DNA from: a virus | Virus record (IMG/VR): IMGVR_UViG_3300033182_000991 | Span: 48,920-112,919 of that record | DNA length: 64,000 nt | Direction: 5' to 3' (one strand) | Shown: positions 31,161 through 40,946 of the stretch, piece after piece | Position numbering within the stretch: the stretch's first letter is position 1 | How the letters are laid out: every line of letters starts with the position of its first letter | Made by a program: the position numbers and the translations under genes | Notes under the pieces: generated by a model | Seen by the model: the letters and a program-made list of their open reading frames with translations, nothing else | What the model was told of the DNA's origin: nothing | The model's database searches: none

Positions 31161-31439
31161 ATTTTTTGGGAACGACACCCTCCCCTGAAAGGGCAGGTGT
31201 AGTGACCCTTGAGAAAATAGAGGGTCTAATAAAATAGGGTGTCTTAAATCCCATGAAAAAATCTTTCGCGCAACCCGTCCGACCTTCGGTCGTTCGTTTT
31301 TCTTCTCGCAAACCGTCCGTCGGTCCTTCGGACCTCCTTTAATAAAATCTCTCTGACGCCGGAATCTATTTTAAGAAGGTCTTTTAATGTGTCTCTAAAA
31401 ATCCCCCCGACCCCCCTATTTATTTAAAAATAATATATT

Positions 31440-32318
31440 ATGAAAAAACTTTTATCTATCTTAAAACGTGTCTTTAGAAAGACATCCGATGTGGACCCAA
31501 CCATTAATGATTATGTGGTATCGGCACTTAATGTGGTCTTACAATCTGATGCAATTCAGAATTGGACTTTTGAAACTTCATCTGGTTGCGATACATCTGT
31601 ATTAAATGATATGATTTTCTGTGGATTGGAAGCGAAAGATAAATACACATGGAGTGTGGTTGATGATGCGTGTGTCGATGCATGTAACATAGCTTATGAC
31701 GCATGTCATGGTGGGTGTTCTGCGGTTGATTGGACTTGTGGTAATTGTTGCACAAAGGAATGTAAAAAAGGTAGAGATGCGTGTAAAGATGCTTGTGGTT
31801 ATTTGGACTACTCTGCTGGGTATGATTATAAAATTGAAAACATAAAAGGTGTTGGGGGTATTAAGGTAACAAGTATTGATGAAATGACCGTTTCACCTGA
31901 TAACCCTAATGTGTTTAGTGTTACTATGAGTTTGAATGTCCCACAAACTACGGTTCATTGTTATTATAAAATTTGGGCAGACCTTGCGGGTAGTTATGAA
32001 GGACATATGGATGTCATCGCAAAAAATTCAACAGGAACGGCAACGGGAACATTAACTTTAGAATGTGGTGTTGATAATCCAGGTTATTACTTGGTGGTTG
32101 ACTCTGTAGATGTTACAATCCCTGAAAATGTGTTTGATTCTAATACCCTTACTCAGATTGCAAACGCTTTAGGTATGAGTGTATCATTCCTAACTGATGG
32201 TGTTGTTGATTTGAACAAAATGTTATTAGACTATGCGGATGGAGAATTGTCGACAGAATTGGAAAAAGTTTTAAATGACGTATTGAAAGATAGTTGTTTA
32301 ATGAGTGTCCAATGTTAA
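31440..32318 (+). CDS. Cys-rich hypothetical protein
   Basis: CVDACNIAYDACHGGCSAVDWTCGNCCTKECKKGRDACKDAC segment. Confidence 0.75.
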   Translation: MKKLLSILKRVFRKTSDVDPTINDYVVSALNVVLQSDAIQNWTFETSSGCDTSVLNDMIFCGLEAKDKYTWSVVDDACVDACNIAYDACHGGCSAVDWTCGNCCTKECKKGRDACKDACGYLDYSAGYDYKIENIKGVGGIKVTSIDEMTVSPDNPNVFSVTMSLNVPQTTVHCYYKIWADLAGSYEGHMDVIAKNSTGTATGTLTLECGVDNPGYYLVVDSVDVTIPENVFDSNTLTQIANALGMSVSFLTDGVVDLNKMLLDYADGELSTELEKVLNDVLKDSCLMSVQC

Positions 32319-32401
32319 TATCGTAAATTAAATAATTAATCCTCACAAAATAAGTGGGATTTTTTATTTTACAAAGTATTTATATATAAATTAATCTTAT
32401 T

Positions 32402-32773
32402 ATGAAACACTTATTAAATAACATTTCTGAAGAAGAGAAAAACAGAATCCGCGAACAACACGAAGGCGGAATGAACTTATCCATTGATAACTTCAAAACT
32501 TTGGTGGAAACTAAATTAGGTGACGCAAAACCATATCTTACTGAAGTATCACAAGAAGATGAATTGGATGAACAATTAAGATTAAAGTACTTGACCATCC
32601 CTGAGATTGAATCTTTGGCGAAAGAAATAGTAGGTAAATTGGATGATAACTTAAAGAAACAGTTGCGTCGTTTGGATATGAGAAACGATAGACAAAGAAT
32701 GATGTTAGTGAATGATATATTAGAACTTGTAGGTATTAACACTGACAAAATGGGTGGTGGACCACTTGGATAA
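32402..32773 (+). CDS. late protein with ISEEEKNRI leader
   Basis: MKHLLNNISEEEKNRIREQH; TATTTATA upstream. Confidence 0.8.
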   Translation: MKHLLNNISEEEKNRIREQHEGGMNLSIDNFKTLVETKLGDAKPYLTEVSQEDELDEQLRLKYLTIPEIESLAKEIVGKLDDNLKKQLRRLDMRNDRQRMMLVNDILELVGINTDKMGGGPLG

Positions 32774-32848
32774 TTAATTATTCTTAAAATAAAATACAAA
32801 AACCCTCACATTTCTGTGGGGGTTTTCTTTTTCTTGTTGGTTTGGTTC

Positions 32849-33262
32849 TTACGACATGATATAGTCAAATGACTCATTGATTTCTGACATAAGAGTTTCG
32901 TAGTTGTAAGTATCACTGAACAAACACGTAGCAATGGTTAGTCGGTAACGTTCAATAAATCTAACTTTCATCTTGTCGTCCAATTGACTGAACTCTTCAA
33001 TCCACCAACGTCCAAACTCTGAAAGGTATTCGTCAACATCGTCGTACCATTCCTTTTGGTCTTCTGGCATGTTCTCATACTCCTCAATGATATTTGAGTA
33101 AGTTGGAATGTTTTCCTTACCCCAATCACTCATCAACGCTTCAATGGTGTTTACCATATCTTCGTGAAGGTAAGCGAAGTCCAACATCTCCATAAGGTTG
33201 CGGTCCAATTTGTTTACTGTTCCATCCAAATCGTTCTCGTCGTAGTAAAATCTCTGTGGCAT
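32849..33262 (-). CDS. hypothetical early protein
   Basis: TATATTTG promoter on the minus strand at ~33290. Confidence 0.7.
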   Translation of the reverse strand: MPQRFYYDENDLDGTVNKLDRNLMEMLDFAYLHEDMVNTIEALMSDWGKENIPTYSNIIEEYENMPEDQKEWYDDVDEYLSEFGRWWIEEFSQLDDKMKVRFIERYRLTIATCLFSDTYNYETLMSEINESFDYIMS

Positions 33263-33367
33263 GATTTTTATTTTTTTAAGTTTATACGACAAATATAAAA
33301 GATAAATTTGATGTTGACAACACCTATCTTTTATTTTTTTTGTGTATTTATAATAAAATCATTTATT

Positions 33368-33640
33368 ATGAAGAAAGTCAAATTGACCGAGAAACAATTG
33401 GAAGAGTTGGTTCTTAAAGTATTGGAAGAACAAGGCGCTATTGGTGGTGCTTCATCGGGAATGAATAGAAGTGAAATCAATAACTTACCTAAATGTTCTA
33501 AGAAAGACGCCAAAGAACTAATTAATGGTGTTGTGAAACAACCTGTGATGTCTAAGTTTCAATATGCTGCCATTGCCACAGGTACAGGAACTGAGTTGTA
33601 TTTGGAAGTTAAAAACAAACCATTCTGCAAATTAAGATAA
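33368..33640 (+). CDS. late protein with LTE leader
   Basis: MKKVKLTEKQLEELV..LEEQ. Confidence 0.78.
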   Translation: MKKVKLTEKQLEELVLKVLEEQGAIGGASSGMNRSEINNLPKCSKKDAKELINGVVKQPVMSKFQYAAIATGTGTELYLEVKNKPFCKLR

Positions 33641-33641
33641 T

Positions 33642-34181
33642 ATGGTTAGTGAGAAGGCTATAGAAGACTTACTCAATACATTGGGTAAACAATTGGCAAT
33701 GGTCTACTACGGTCTTGACCTTAACTTCACCGTTGTGGAGGTTTCCGAAAAATACGGGTTTCCCAGAATCGTCGTCAAGACTGACAAACAAATTCCAATG
33801 ACATTTGAAGTTAAAACAGAACCAGGTATGAACGCCGGTAGGTTCGCTCGTATTGGTGATTTGATGGGAAATCTTAGTCATATCATGAAATATATTGGTC
33901 TTAAAGGTGCAGACATAGTAATCCCTGAAGAACAAACACCTGAAAGATACCAAACCGTTGTAACTCCCGATGACTTTATCAAACACCCACAAGATTATGT
34001 GGAGTTGGAAAGTGTGGGTCATGTCTTAGAAAAAGATACGGGTTATGTTTATCCCTTATATCAGAACGGTAGGATAGACGTTAACAATTCGATACACCTT
34101 TCAGAGATTTTTGAAGAAGGGGGTTGGTGGGATTCATTATCGCCTGAGGATATTCACACATTAGAGAATATTTATAAGTAA
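33642..34181 (+). CDS. KY[LIF]G paralog family protein
   Basis: LSHIMKYIGLK. Confidence 0.7.
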   Translation: MVSEKAIEDLLNTLGKQLAMVYYGLDLNFTVVEVSEKYGFPRIVVKTDKQIPMTFEVKTEPGMNAGRFARIGDLMGNLSHIMKYIGLKGADIVIPEEQTPERYQTVVTPDDFIKHPQDYVELESVGHVLEKDTGYVYPLYQNGRIDVNNSIHLSEIFEEGGWWDSLSPEDIHTLENIYK

Positions 34182-34201
34182 CTAAACAAAAATTATTCAT
34201 T

Positions 34202-34435
34202 ATGGCATTCAAAGACATTTTTAAGGACAACAATGACTACAACGAAAAAAACATCGTTGGTTTCATGTCATTCGCAGTTATGAGTTTAACTGCCATCGCA
34301 GATGTGGTAACAGGTATCTGCGGTAAAGAATTGGTTATTGATGATACCATCTTTAACTCGTTTGTGATTATCACATTAGGTGCTTTCGGTATTGCGGAAG
34401 CGGGTAAAATCTTCGGTGGTAAGAAAGATGAGTAA
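34202..34435 (+). CDS. small two-TM protein (holin candidate)
   Basis: Two hydrophobic helices, charged tail GKKDE, late promoter. Confidence 0.55.
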   Translation: MAFKDIFKDNNDYNEKNIVGFMSFAVMSLTAIADVVTGICGKELVIDDTIFNSFVIITLGAFGIAEAGKIFGGKKDE

Positions 34436-34489
34436 GAATTAGAAGGAAACAATAAATTACCCTCACATTTTTGTGGGGGTTTTTTATTT

Positions 34490-35158
34490 ATGTTATTTAC
34501 AGAAATGGTTAGTCAATTATTTTTAAGTAAAATGACTACAATGGATAAAAACTATAATGACATTAAGGACACTATCGCTAAGTTTGATAGGGTAATTGTT
34601 ACAGGTCCTCACGGAGCGGGAAATAAAATTACTGCAAAAATTATTGAACACGATTTTGGATTGAAGTACATCCGTTTTGAGAATCCGTGGTCACACCATA
34701 ACTATTGGGACCATGAGTTGGGACTCAAAAGAGAGTTGGAAAAAATCAGAGAGGAAAATGAAAAGTATGTTTTGTTCTCACCATCGGTTTCAGGTCACCT
34801 GTTAAGAATGATGGAATATCTTGACGACACATTAATCGTCTTTACCTACAAAGACCCTGAAGAAGTTCATAAGTATACTTTAAGAAATGACTACCTAAAA
34901 AATCAAACTCACACTTATGAGTCTTTGGTATATACTGATGTTATTGTAAATGAGTTTCCTGAGTATGCGGATTTATTGAGTGAGAGTATTGACGATATGA
35001 CGTGGATGTTTTGGGAACAAGTACAAAAGGAACGTGTACCACATGCGGTAGATTCCCACCACTCCAGTTTGGAATCCCATCCATTATTCATTCCAAAAGA
35101 AGAAAGGTCACACTTCAAAGCATGGCAAACCGCTCATGACCAGAAAGGACATAATTAA
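34490..35158 (+). CDS. P-loop / sulfotransferase-like protein
   Basis: VIVTGPHGAGNKI. Confidence 0.55.
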   Translation: MLFTEMVSQLFLSKMTTMDKNYNDIKDTIAKFDRVIVTGPHGAGNKITAKIIEHDFGLKYIRFENPWSHHNYWDHELGLKRELEKIREENEKYVLFSPSVSGHLLRMMEYLDDTLIVFTYKDPEEVHKYTLRNDYLKNQTHTYESLVYTDVIVNEFPEYADLLSESIDDMTWMFWEQVQKERVPHAVDSHHSSLESHPLFIPKEERSHFKAWQTAHDQKGHN

Positions 35159-35179
35159 TATATTTATAAATAAAAAATT

Positions 35180-35518
35180 ATGACACCACAAGATTACGAA
35201 CAATTATTCTCAGGGTTTACATTTGGTAGTCCAAACTTATCAGATACTTTAACATTTACTCAGGTAAGTGGTCGTACTCATATTGATGTTATTGATATTA
35301 ATGTTTCAGCATCCACTGTATATATGTCTGACTATATGGGTTACCCAAATGATATTTGTAATCCTATTTCAGATGTATTAGAAGCGAGTGAGTTTGCGGG
35401 ACAAGATGGGGATAGGGTGTTTAATTTATTTTTTATGGATGGTACAGACAAAAAACATTTGGAAAGTTTTTGGTTTGACTCCGATGGTCTTTTAATATTC
35501 TCCCCTGTTATTCCTTAA
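35180..35518 (+). CDS. hypothetical late protein
   Basis: TATTTATA upstream. Confidence 0.7.
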   Translation: MTPQDYEQLFSGFTFGSPNLSDTLTFTQVSGRTHIDVIDINVSASTVYMSDYMGYPNDICNPISDVLEASEFAGQDGDRVFNLFFMDGTDKKHLESFWFDSDGLLIFSPVIP

Positions 35519-35533
35519 CTTAGGTAGATATTT

Positions 35534-35998
35534 ATGGATATGAAACCATCGTATAAAGATTTAATGACCATTTATTATAATTCACAGGTAACACCACAAT
35601 TGGATTGGGTGGACGGAATTGTTGTGGACAAATTTGACATTGTACAAAAAGAAAGAGAAAATGCAATTCTGGATACCAAGAAAGGTCAATTCATAAATAA
35701 GATGGTTCCTGTTGTTGACGCTAAGATTCGTATCTTATCTAATGTTGATGTTCCTGACACTATGACATCTATGCAATTTTTTGAAAAATTAGGAATGTCC
35801 CCTACTGATTTTTCTAACATGATGTATGACAGTAAAATTGAAAATTATATTGGTTTACCTAAAGGGGTGATGTATGATGATTTGTCTGATTTTGATATGC
35901 AGATTCTTACTAAAGATGAGGTAAAATCTGAATTGGACGAAAGAATCATTAATATATTTAAGACTGACAAGCCTATTACTACTCTGGGTATGTTCTAA
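35534..35998 (+). CDS. hypothetical protein
   Basis: 154-aa ORF. Confidence 0.7.
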   Translation: MDMKPSYKDLMTIYYNSQVTPQLDWVDGIVVDKFDIVQKERENAILDTKKGQFINKMVPVVDAKIRILSNVDVPDTMTSMQFFEKLGMSPTDFSNMMYDSKIENYIGLPKGVMYDDLSDFDMQILTKDEVKSELDERIINIFKTDKPITTLGMF

Positions 35999-36214
35999 CC
36001 CTCTAACCTCACCAGGTGAGGTACGTTGGACTTTTTCCACTTCGTGGGGTACCTACCCCACTCGTGTCTTAAAAATGTCTTAAAATCAAAATTTTCCTAT
36101 ATAATAATATTATATAATAATTCTATTATTTTCTTATATTTTACTTATTCTACTATTACTATATTATATATTATATTATAAGAATAATAATTATCACAAA
36201 CATCACGAAAAGAC

Positions 36215-36805
36215 ATGCGATTAGAAGATTTTATTTTGGTGAAGGATAATGTGTTTACAAAAGAGTTCTGTCAGGAGTTGGTGGACTTTTTTGAAAATAA
36301 CCCACAATACAGACATAAAGGTGAGATGGCTGGTGGTTTGAATACAGAGGTAAAAGACACCACAGACCTTAACCTTTTTAATTATCCCGAACTTATGGAG
36401 ATGTATGGAGATTTCGTTCTCTCTAAATTTAATGAAGTGGTTAGTGAATACGCCGAATCGTTACCATTTCAGAATAAATTTGACGCACCTTCTGTATTAT
36501 TTTACGAAAACAGTGAATACACCACTTGTCAGATTCAAAAATACGATAAAGGGGTGGGTCATTATAACGCATTTCACTTTGAAACTGATAATGCAACTAA
36601 TTGTTGTCGTGTTTTTGTTTTTATACTCTATTTGAACGACGTTGAAGAGGGTGGTGAGACCGAAGTTTTGTACTCAAGAACGAAAACTAAACCTAAAACA
36701 GGACGTGTTATTTGTCACCCCGCAACTTTCCCATTTGTACACAATGGACACACCCCAATTTCGGACGATAAGTACATTTTAACGACCTGGTTGAACTATG
36801 TGTGA
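36215..36805 (+). CDS. 2OG-Fe(II) oxygenase (prolyl-4-hydroxylase-like)
   Basis: QIQKY, FHFE (HxE), LYLNDVEEGGET, H.G, KY..TTW. Confidence 0.9.
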   Translation: MRLEDFILVKDNVFTKEFCQELVDFFENNPQYRHKGEMAGGLNTEVKDTTDLNLFNYPELMEMYGDFVLSKFNEVVSEYAESLPFQNKFDAPSVLFYENSEYTTCQIQKYDKGVGHYNAFHFETDNATNCCRVFVFILYLNDVEEGGETEVLYSRTKTKPKTGRVICHPATFPFVHNGHTPISDDKYILTTWLNYV

Positions 36806-36900
36806 TATTTATAATAGTAAAATATTGTTTTAAAATGGGTGTTTTTGATGAAAATATCCATTTTTTCGTTTAATACGAATAAATGACTAAATAATACGTC

Positions 36901-37113
36901 ATGGAAGATGATAAAAGACAGAAAATCAAATCTCTTGATACTCAAATCAAGCAATTAAATAAAGAAAAAGAGTTAATTCAGGACTCTTGTACACATAAAA
37001 CCACTAAGGTAAAGTTCGAAAACGGCACAAATACTATGAAACTCTATTGTGCTGAGTGTGATAAGGAGGTTGGATACCCCACAAAGGAGCAAATTGATGA
37101 ATTTTTAGGATAA
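36901..37113 (+). CDS. small Zn-finger-like protein
   Basis: C.H ... CAEC. Confidence 0.6.
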   Translation: MEDDKRQKIKSLDTQIKQLNKEKELIQDSCTHKTTKVKFENGTNTMKLYCAECDKEVGYPTKEQIDEFLG

Positions 37114-37236
37114 ATTTTCAGAAATTCCCTCTTTTTTTAGAAAACAGTTCAGATGAACGTTACCGACCATATAATCTTCGGGTATTCTCTCGGTGTTTTC
37201 TCCACAAATCGGACAAATATTGATATTGTATTCCAT
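37105..37236 (-). CDS. small Zn-finger-like protein (43 aa, not in ORF track)
   Basis: MEYNINICPICGE...VHLNCF. Confidence 0.5.
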   Translation of the reverse strand: MEYNINICPICGENTERIPEDYMVGNVHLNCFLKKEGISENLS

Positions 37237-37287
37237 TTTTAAGACTTTTCCTTAAATTTAGGTAATATTTATAATAAAAACAACACT

Positions 37288-37371
37288 ATGAACTGCGATA
37301 ATTGTACTTGTGACGAAAGTTGTTTAACGGAAGGTTGTCACTGCACGAATTGCACGTGTATATTTGATTAA
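37288..37371 (+). CDS. metallothionein-like peptide (27 aa, 8 Cys)
   Basis: MNCDNCTCDESCLTEGCHCTNCTCIFD; ATATTTATA upstream. Confidence 0.6.
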   Translation: MNCDNCTCDESCLTEGCHCTNCTCIFD

Positions 37372-37447
37372 ACGACCCCTTTTTAGGGGATTTAGGACCG
37401 TTATCAGTGATGGTAACGATAAAGGGAGAGGTTCGCTACCTTCTCCC

Positions 37448-38239
37448 TTACTTTTTATTAAGAATTTCTTGTAATAACCTCAAATTTTGTACTGTAGAGG
37501 TCTTTTTTGACTCGTCAAACCTTCTATATCCCTTAACTACCATTCTTGGGTTAGCAGTATCTATGGCTTGTTGGATATATTTCTTTCTTTTACTTAAAAT
37601 ACCCATTAATAAGTCTAACATTTCAATATCCCACTCAGATTCTACATAATTCATGAAATCTTCAGAGGTAAATGGGGCTTCAAAGGTATCTAAGTCTACT
37701 TTTTGTTCTTCTTGTTCATTTACAGACTCATTAAAAGGGACTTCTTTGAAATTATCAACTTGTTGTTCGGTATCTTTGGCATCGTAAATCTCTGAGTCTA
37801 CCAAACTACCGTCACTTACAGATAATTCATATTCGTCAAACAAATTTTGTATGAACACCTCTGAATATCCTTCCATTTCACCAGTATAATAGTCGGCTTT
37901 CCATGCCCAATACTTTTCAACACCATCCCACTCAAATTTTTTCTTTTGAGGAATCATATATTCTTCAGAGTTGAAGTTTCCACTATCCAATAGAGACGCA
38001 TTGTCCTTCATAAAGGTAAAAACGTAATCGTCAACCTCATTTTCGGTGACATTTTTTATTCCCACTAATTTTAAGTTGGAATAAACCTCATCTAAAAAAC
38101 GATTCCGAGGACTCAGGTTATCAAAACTAACTTTGTCATTATAGTTTGATAAGGTAAATTGAATGACTTTCAGAAGTGCCTCTGTATTAACAGGTGCAGT
38201 TCTCGGCATTTTGTCTTCGTTCATACTATTTTTACTCAT
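37448..38239 (-). CDS. hypothetical late protein
   Basis: 263 aa; TATTTATA on the minus strand at ~38260. Confidence 0.75.
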   Translation of the reverse strand: MSKNSMNEDKMPRTAPVNTEALLKVIQFTLSNYNDKVSFDNLSPRNRFLDEVYSNLKLVGIKNVTENEVDDYVFTFMKDNASLLDSGNFNSEEYMIPQKKKFEWDGVEKYWAWKADYYTGEMEGYSEVFIQNLFDEYELSVSDGSLVDSEIYDAKDTEQQVDNFKEVPFNESVNEQEEQKVDLDTFEAPFTSEDFMNYVESEWDIEMLDLLMGILSKRKKYIQQAIDTANPRMVVKGYRRFDESKKTSTVQNLRLLQEILNKK

Positions 38240-38300
38240 TGTAATAAATGGATTTACTTATAAATATCCGTATATTTATATTAGTATAGACAATTTTTTC

Positions 38301-39122
38301 ATGGACGAAATAATTCAGATATTGAAAAGTTGGATTGATATTAATCTGACAGAACTAAAGACAGGTAAATTACCCCACGTCAGTTTTATTATTGACCGTA
38401 TTATCACCCACCCAACCAGTAGAGGACTCATAAAACATCTAAGTGGTTATGAGGTGGTTAAAATCGGTTATATCCTGTTCCACATGTATGAAGGAAAGAC
38501 CTTGGAAGAGGCTAAAGAAATTGTTGAGAATATCCATACGGTTCATGTGGTTGAAATCAATGATATCGGTGATGAAATGGAAGAGTGTGAAACCTGTTAT
38601 GCAGATGGAACTATTGAATGTAGCACTTGTGATGGTGATACTACAATTGACTGTTATGTATGTAATGGTGACCCTGATAGTATTGAAGGAGGGTGTGACT
38701 ACTGTGATGGGACAGGAAAAATAGATTGTGATGAATGTTACGGTGATGGTAACTTGGAATGTTATGACTGTGGTGGTGATGGTGAAGTAATGTCAGGTTA
38801 TGAGTATGTAGAATTTGATGAAGATATATGGTTATTCACGAACGATGAGTTATATAAAACATATCAAGCCAAGATGGATGGAAAAATCCAAAACATAGAT
38901 TTCTACGAAGAAAGTGATGAACACGCTGGTGACCTATGGTTATACAAAAATACAAAAGACGGTATGAGATTGGAGGACTTCAACTCCGTAAATATGATAG
39001 AAGAACCTCAGAGGGGTGAAAGTATTGTTGTTGATTTAGATGAGGATATCCCATCAGGATTGAAGAATATGATGAGTATAAAAAAATTCGGTAACTCAGG
39101 GAGAGACTACCGAATTATTTAA
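38301..39122 (+). CDS. DnaJ-type CxxCxGxG zinc-finger repeat protein
   Basis: Six CxxCxG(x)G-like repeats; no J-domain. Confidence 0.8.
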   Translation: MDEIIQILKSWIDINLTELKTGKLPHVSFIIDRIITHPTSRGLIKHLSGYEVVKIGYILFHMYEGKTLEEAKEIVENIHTVHVVEINDIGDEMEECETCYADGTIECSTCDGDTTIDCYVCNGDPDSIEGGCDYCDGTGKIDCDECYGDGNLECYDCGGDGEVMSGYEYVEFDEDIWLFTNDELYKTYQAKMDGKIQNIDFYEESDEHAGDLWLYKNTKDGMRLEDFNSVNMIEEPQRGESIVVDLDEDIPSGLKNMMSIKKFGNSGRDYRII

Positions 39123-39140
39123 TAACGTTAAGTACGTTTC

Positions 39141-39617
39141 TTAGAACATATGTTTGTTTAAGAATCTATCTACTTTAAGAACACCATCGTGACCTGTACT
39201 GAAAACTGCAGATACATTAGTCAATCCCATTACCTTAATAACCGTTTGGTCAACTAAGTTAACTTCAAAAATTGACTCTCCCACTTCTTTTCTGTAAAGA
39301 CCTTTGGCGAATTCATTAAACCCTCTACCAACCAACATATCAATTAATTCTGTATGCACAGTGAAATCAACCGGTAGAACTGGGTCCATCGGTTTCAAGT
39401 CACTCGGTTGAGGTGTTGGAGAAGGGTTACTTACTTTTTTTTTTAAGTCGTCATTAAGACCACTTTCCAAATCTGCAAGTTTGTCATCCATTTTGTCCTT
39501 CCACGTCTCATCCTGAGGTTTCGTGTTGTAATCATACTTATAAGGGTTTTCACCTTCGTACTTCTTTGCTCTTGGTTTGAACAAATTTTTGAAAAAATCT
39601 ACTAATTTTTTGAACAT
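39141..39617 (-). CDS. hypothetical late protein
   Basis: Amphipathic N-terminus; TATTTATA upstream. Confidence 0.7.
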   Translation of the reverse strand: MFKKLVDFFKNLFKPRAKKYEGENPYKYDYNTKPQDETWKDKMDDKLADLESGLNDDLKKKVSNPSPTPQPSDLKPMDPVLPVDFTVHTELIDMLVGRGFNEFAKGLYRKEVGESIFEVNLVDQTVIKVMGLTNVSAVFSTGHDGVLKVDRFLNKHMF

Positions 39618-39647
39618 GATGTTTAAGTTTTAGTTATAAATAGTGTT

Positions 39648-39980
39648 TTAATTATTAATAGTCAAGGTATCTGTAGAATTATTAAAAGTAATTTCACCTG
39701 TGGTGTTTGTGCCGTAAGTAATGTGTCCTGTACCATGTGAGCTGATATGGAAAGGTGGTTGATATGTACCTGTATCGTCCCCGAAGTAGGTCCAATGTGG
39801 TAGTAGTGGGTTTGTGATTGTTTCGGTAGGTCTATCACTTAGATAGTCATCGGCCATGTCTACTTTCCATTCTTCTACTCCATCAATATTGATTAATGAA
39901 AGGACGTGTTGTAGGTCCTCTATAGTGAATGGTTCGTGAAATAAAATTTTGTTGTTTTCAGTATCAATCGTGAACTTCAT
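39648..39980 (-). CDS. hypothetical protein
   Basis: 110-aa ORF. Confidence 0.65.
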   Translation of the reverse strand: MKFTIDTENNKILFHEPFTIEDLQHVLSLINIDGVEEWKVDMADDYLSDRPTETITNPLLPHWTYFGDDTGTYQPPFHISSHGTGHITYGTNTTGEITFNNSTDTLTINN

Positions 39981-40200
39981 CTTTAACTTCTCTTTTTACA
40001 GTTGTACACTTTCCTTCGTTGATTATGTTATAAAGGAAATATAAAAGAGATGTCATTAATAGTAAAGAAACTATCTCAGCAATCCAGTATTGAATGTTGT
40101 GTCCACATTCTATGATAATTCCACCTTTAACTGTATTGGTAATAGATAATGCAAATACATAAAGAAAGGCGTAAATAAGTTTTCTGTATTTTTTGAACAT
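39964..40200 (-). CDS. small membrane protein
   Basis: Two hydrophobic segments. Confidence 0.6.
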   Translation of the reverse strand: MFKKYRKLIYAFLYVFALSITNTVKGGIIIECGHNIQYWIAEIVSLLLMTSLLYFLYNIINEGKCTTVKREVKDEVHD

Positions 40201-40201
40201 A

Positions 40202-40825
40202 TTATAGATAGATGTCTAAGGTGTCGGAATCTTTAGAAACTTCATCCTTAAAGTCTTGAGTGAAGTCTCCGTCTTTTTTTAGATACTCAGAAGGGATTTC
40301 TGAGAAAACCCATTCCAAAGATAAAACGGCTACCAAGTTTTTATCTCTATCAAAAATAGGTACTGAAGCGTGTGACTTAATACCTTGAGAAAGTGATAAA
40401 GACCTTAGACCTAAATCTTCCATTTTATTCACGTCAGAATAGAACATCGTCATTTCAATTACATTCTTTATGAAAGAATTAAAATGAGAAACCAGATGGT
40501 TTTGGTTTTTTTCGGCTTTTCTTTCTAAACCATCTGAGTTTCTTTCATACGTGATTGAAACTTTCTGCATCGGTGCATTGGTATAGAAACTTCCCCCATT
40601 GTGGAACTGCCATATATAGACTCTGTCTGCGTTATATCTTCTTCTTATCTCACGAATAGATAAGTGAATAATTTCGTCGTTTTTAATCTGTTGCATTAAG
40701 GACTCTCTTGACTTACTTTTTTGTTTTTTGTCAGACATCCTTCTAAAAAAACCAGCCCCTACAAGTGCAACAATAATAGAGGTTAGTGATGTTATTAATA
40801 GTTCAGCTATTTTTACCCAATTCAT
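40202..40825 (-). CDS. N-terminal TM plus GAF-like domain protein (T4 T-type holin candidate)
   Basis: Single TM, ADRVYIWQFHNG, GIKS..SVPIFD..LVAVLSL; late promoter. Confidence 0.6.
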   Translation of the reverse strand: MNWVKIAELLITSLTSIIVALVGAGFFRRMSDKKQKSKSRESLMQQIKNDEIIHLSIREIRRRYNADRVYIWQFHNGGSFYTNAPMQKVSITYERNSDGLERKAEKNQNHLVSHFNSFIKNVIEMTMFYSDVNKMEDLGLRSLSLSQGIKSHASVPIFDRDKNLVAVLSLEWVFSEIPSEYLKKDGDFTQDFKDEVSKDSDTLDIYL

Positions 40826-40946
40826 GAAATACAATTTATACTAAATAAATATACCAAGAGGTAACATTTATCATTTTTTGAGTCTAAAATCAAACAAAAA
40901 ACCCCACCGAATGGTAAGGTTTTAAGAAAGGAATATGTGTTACATA

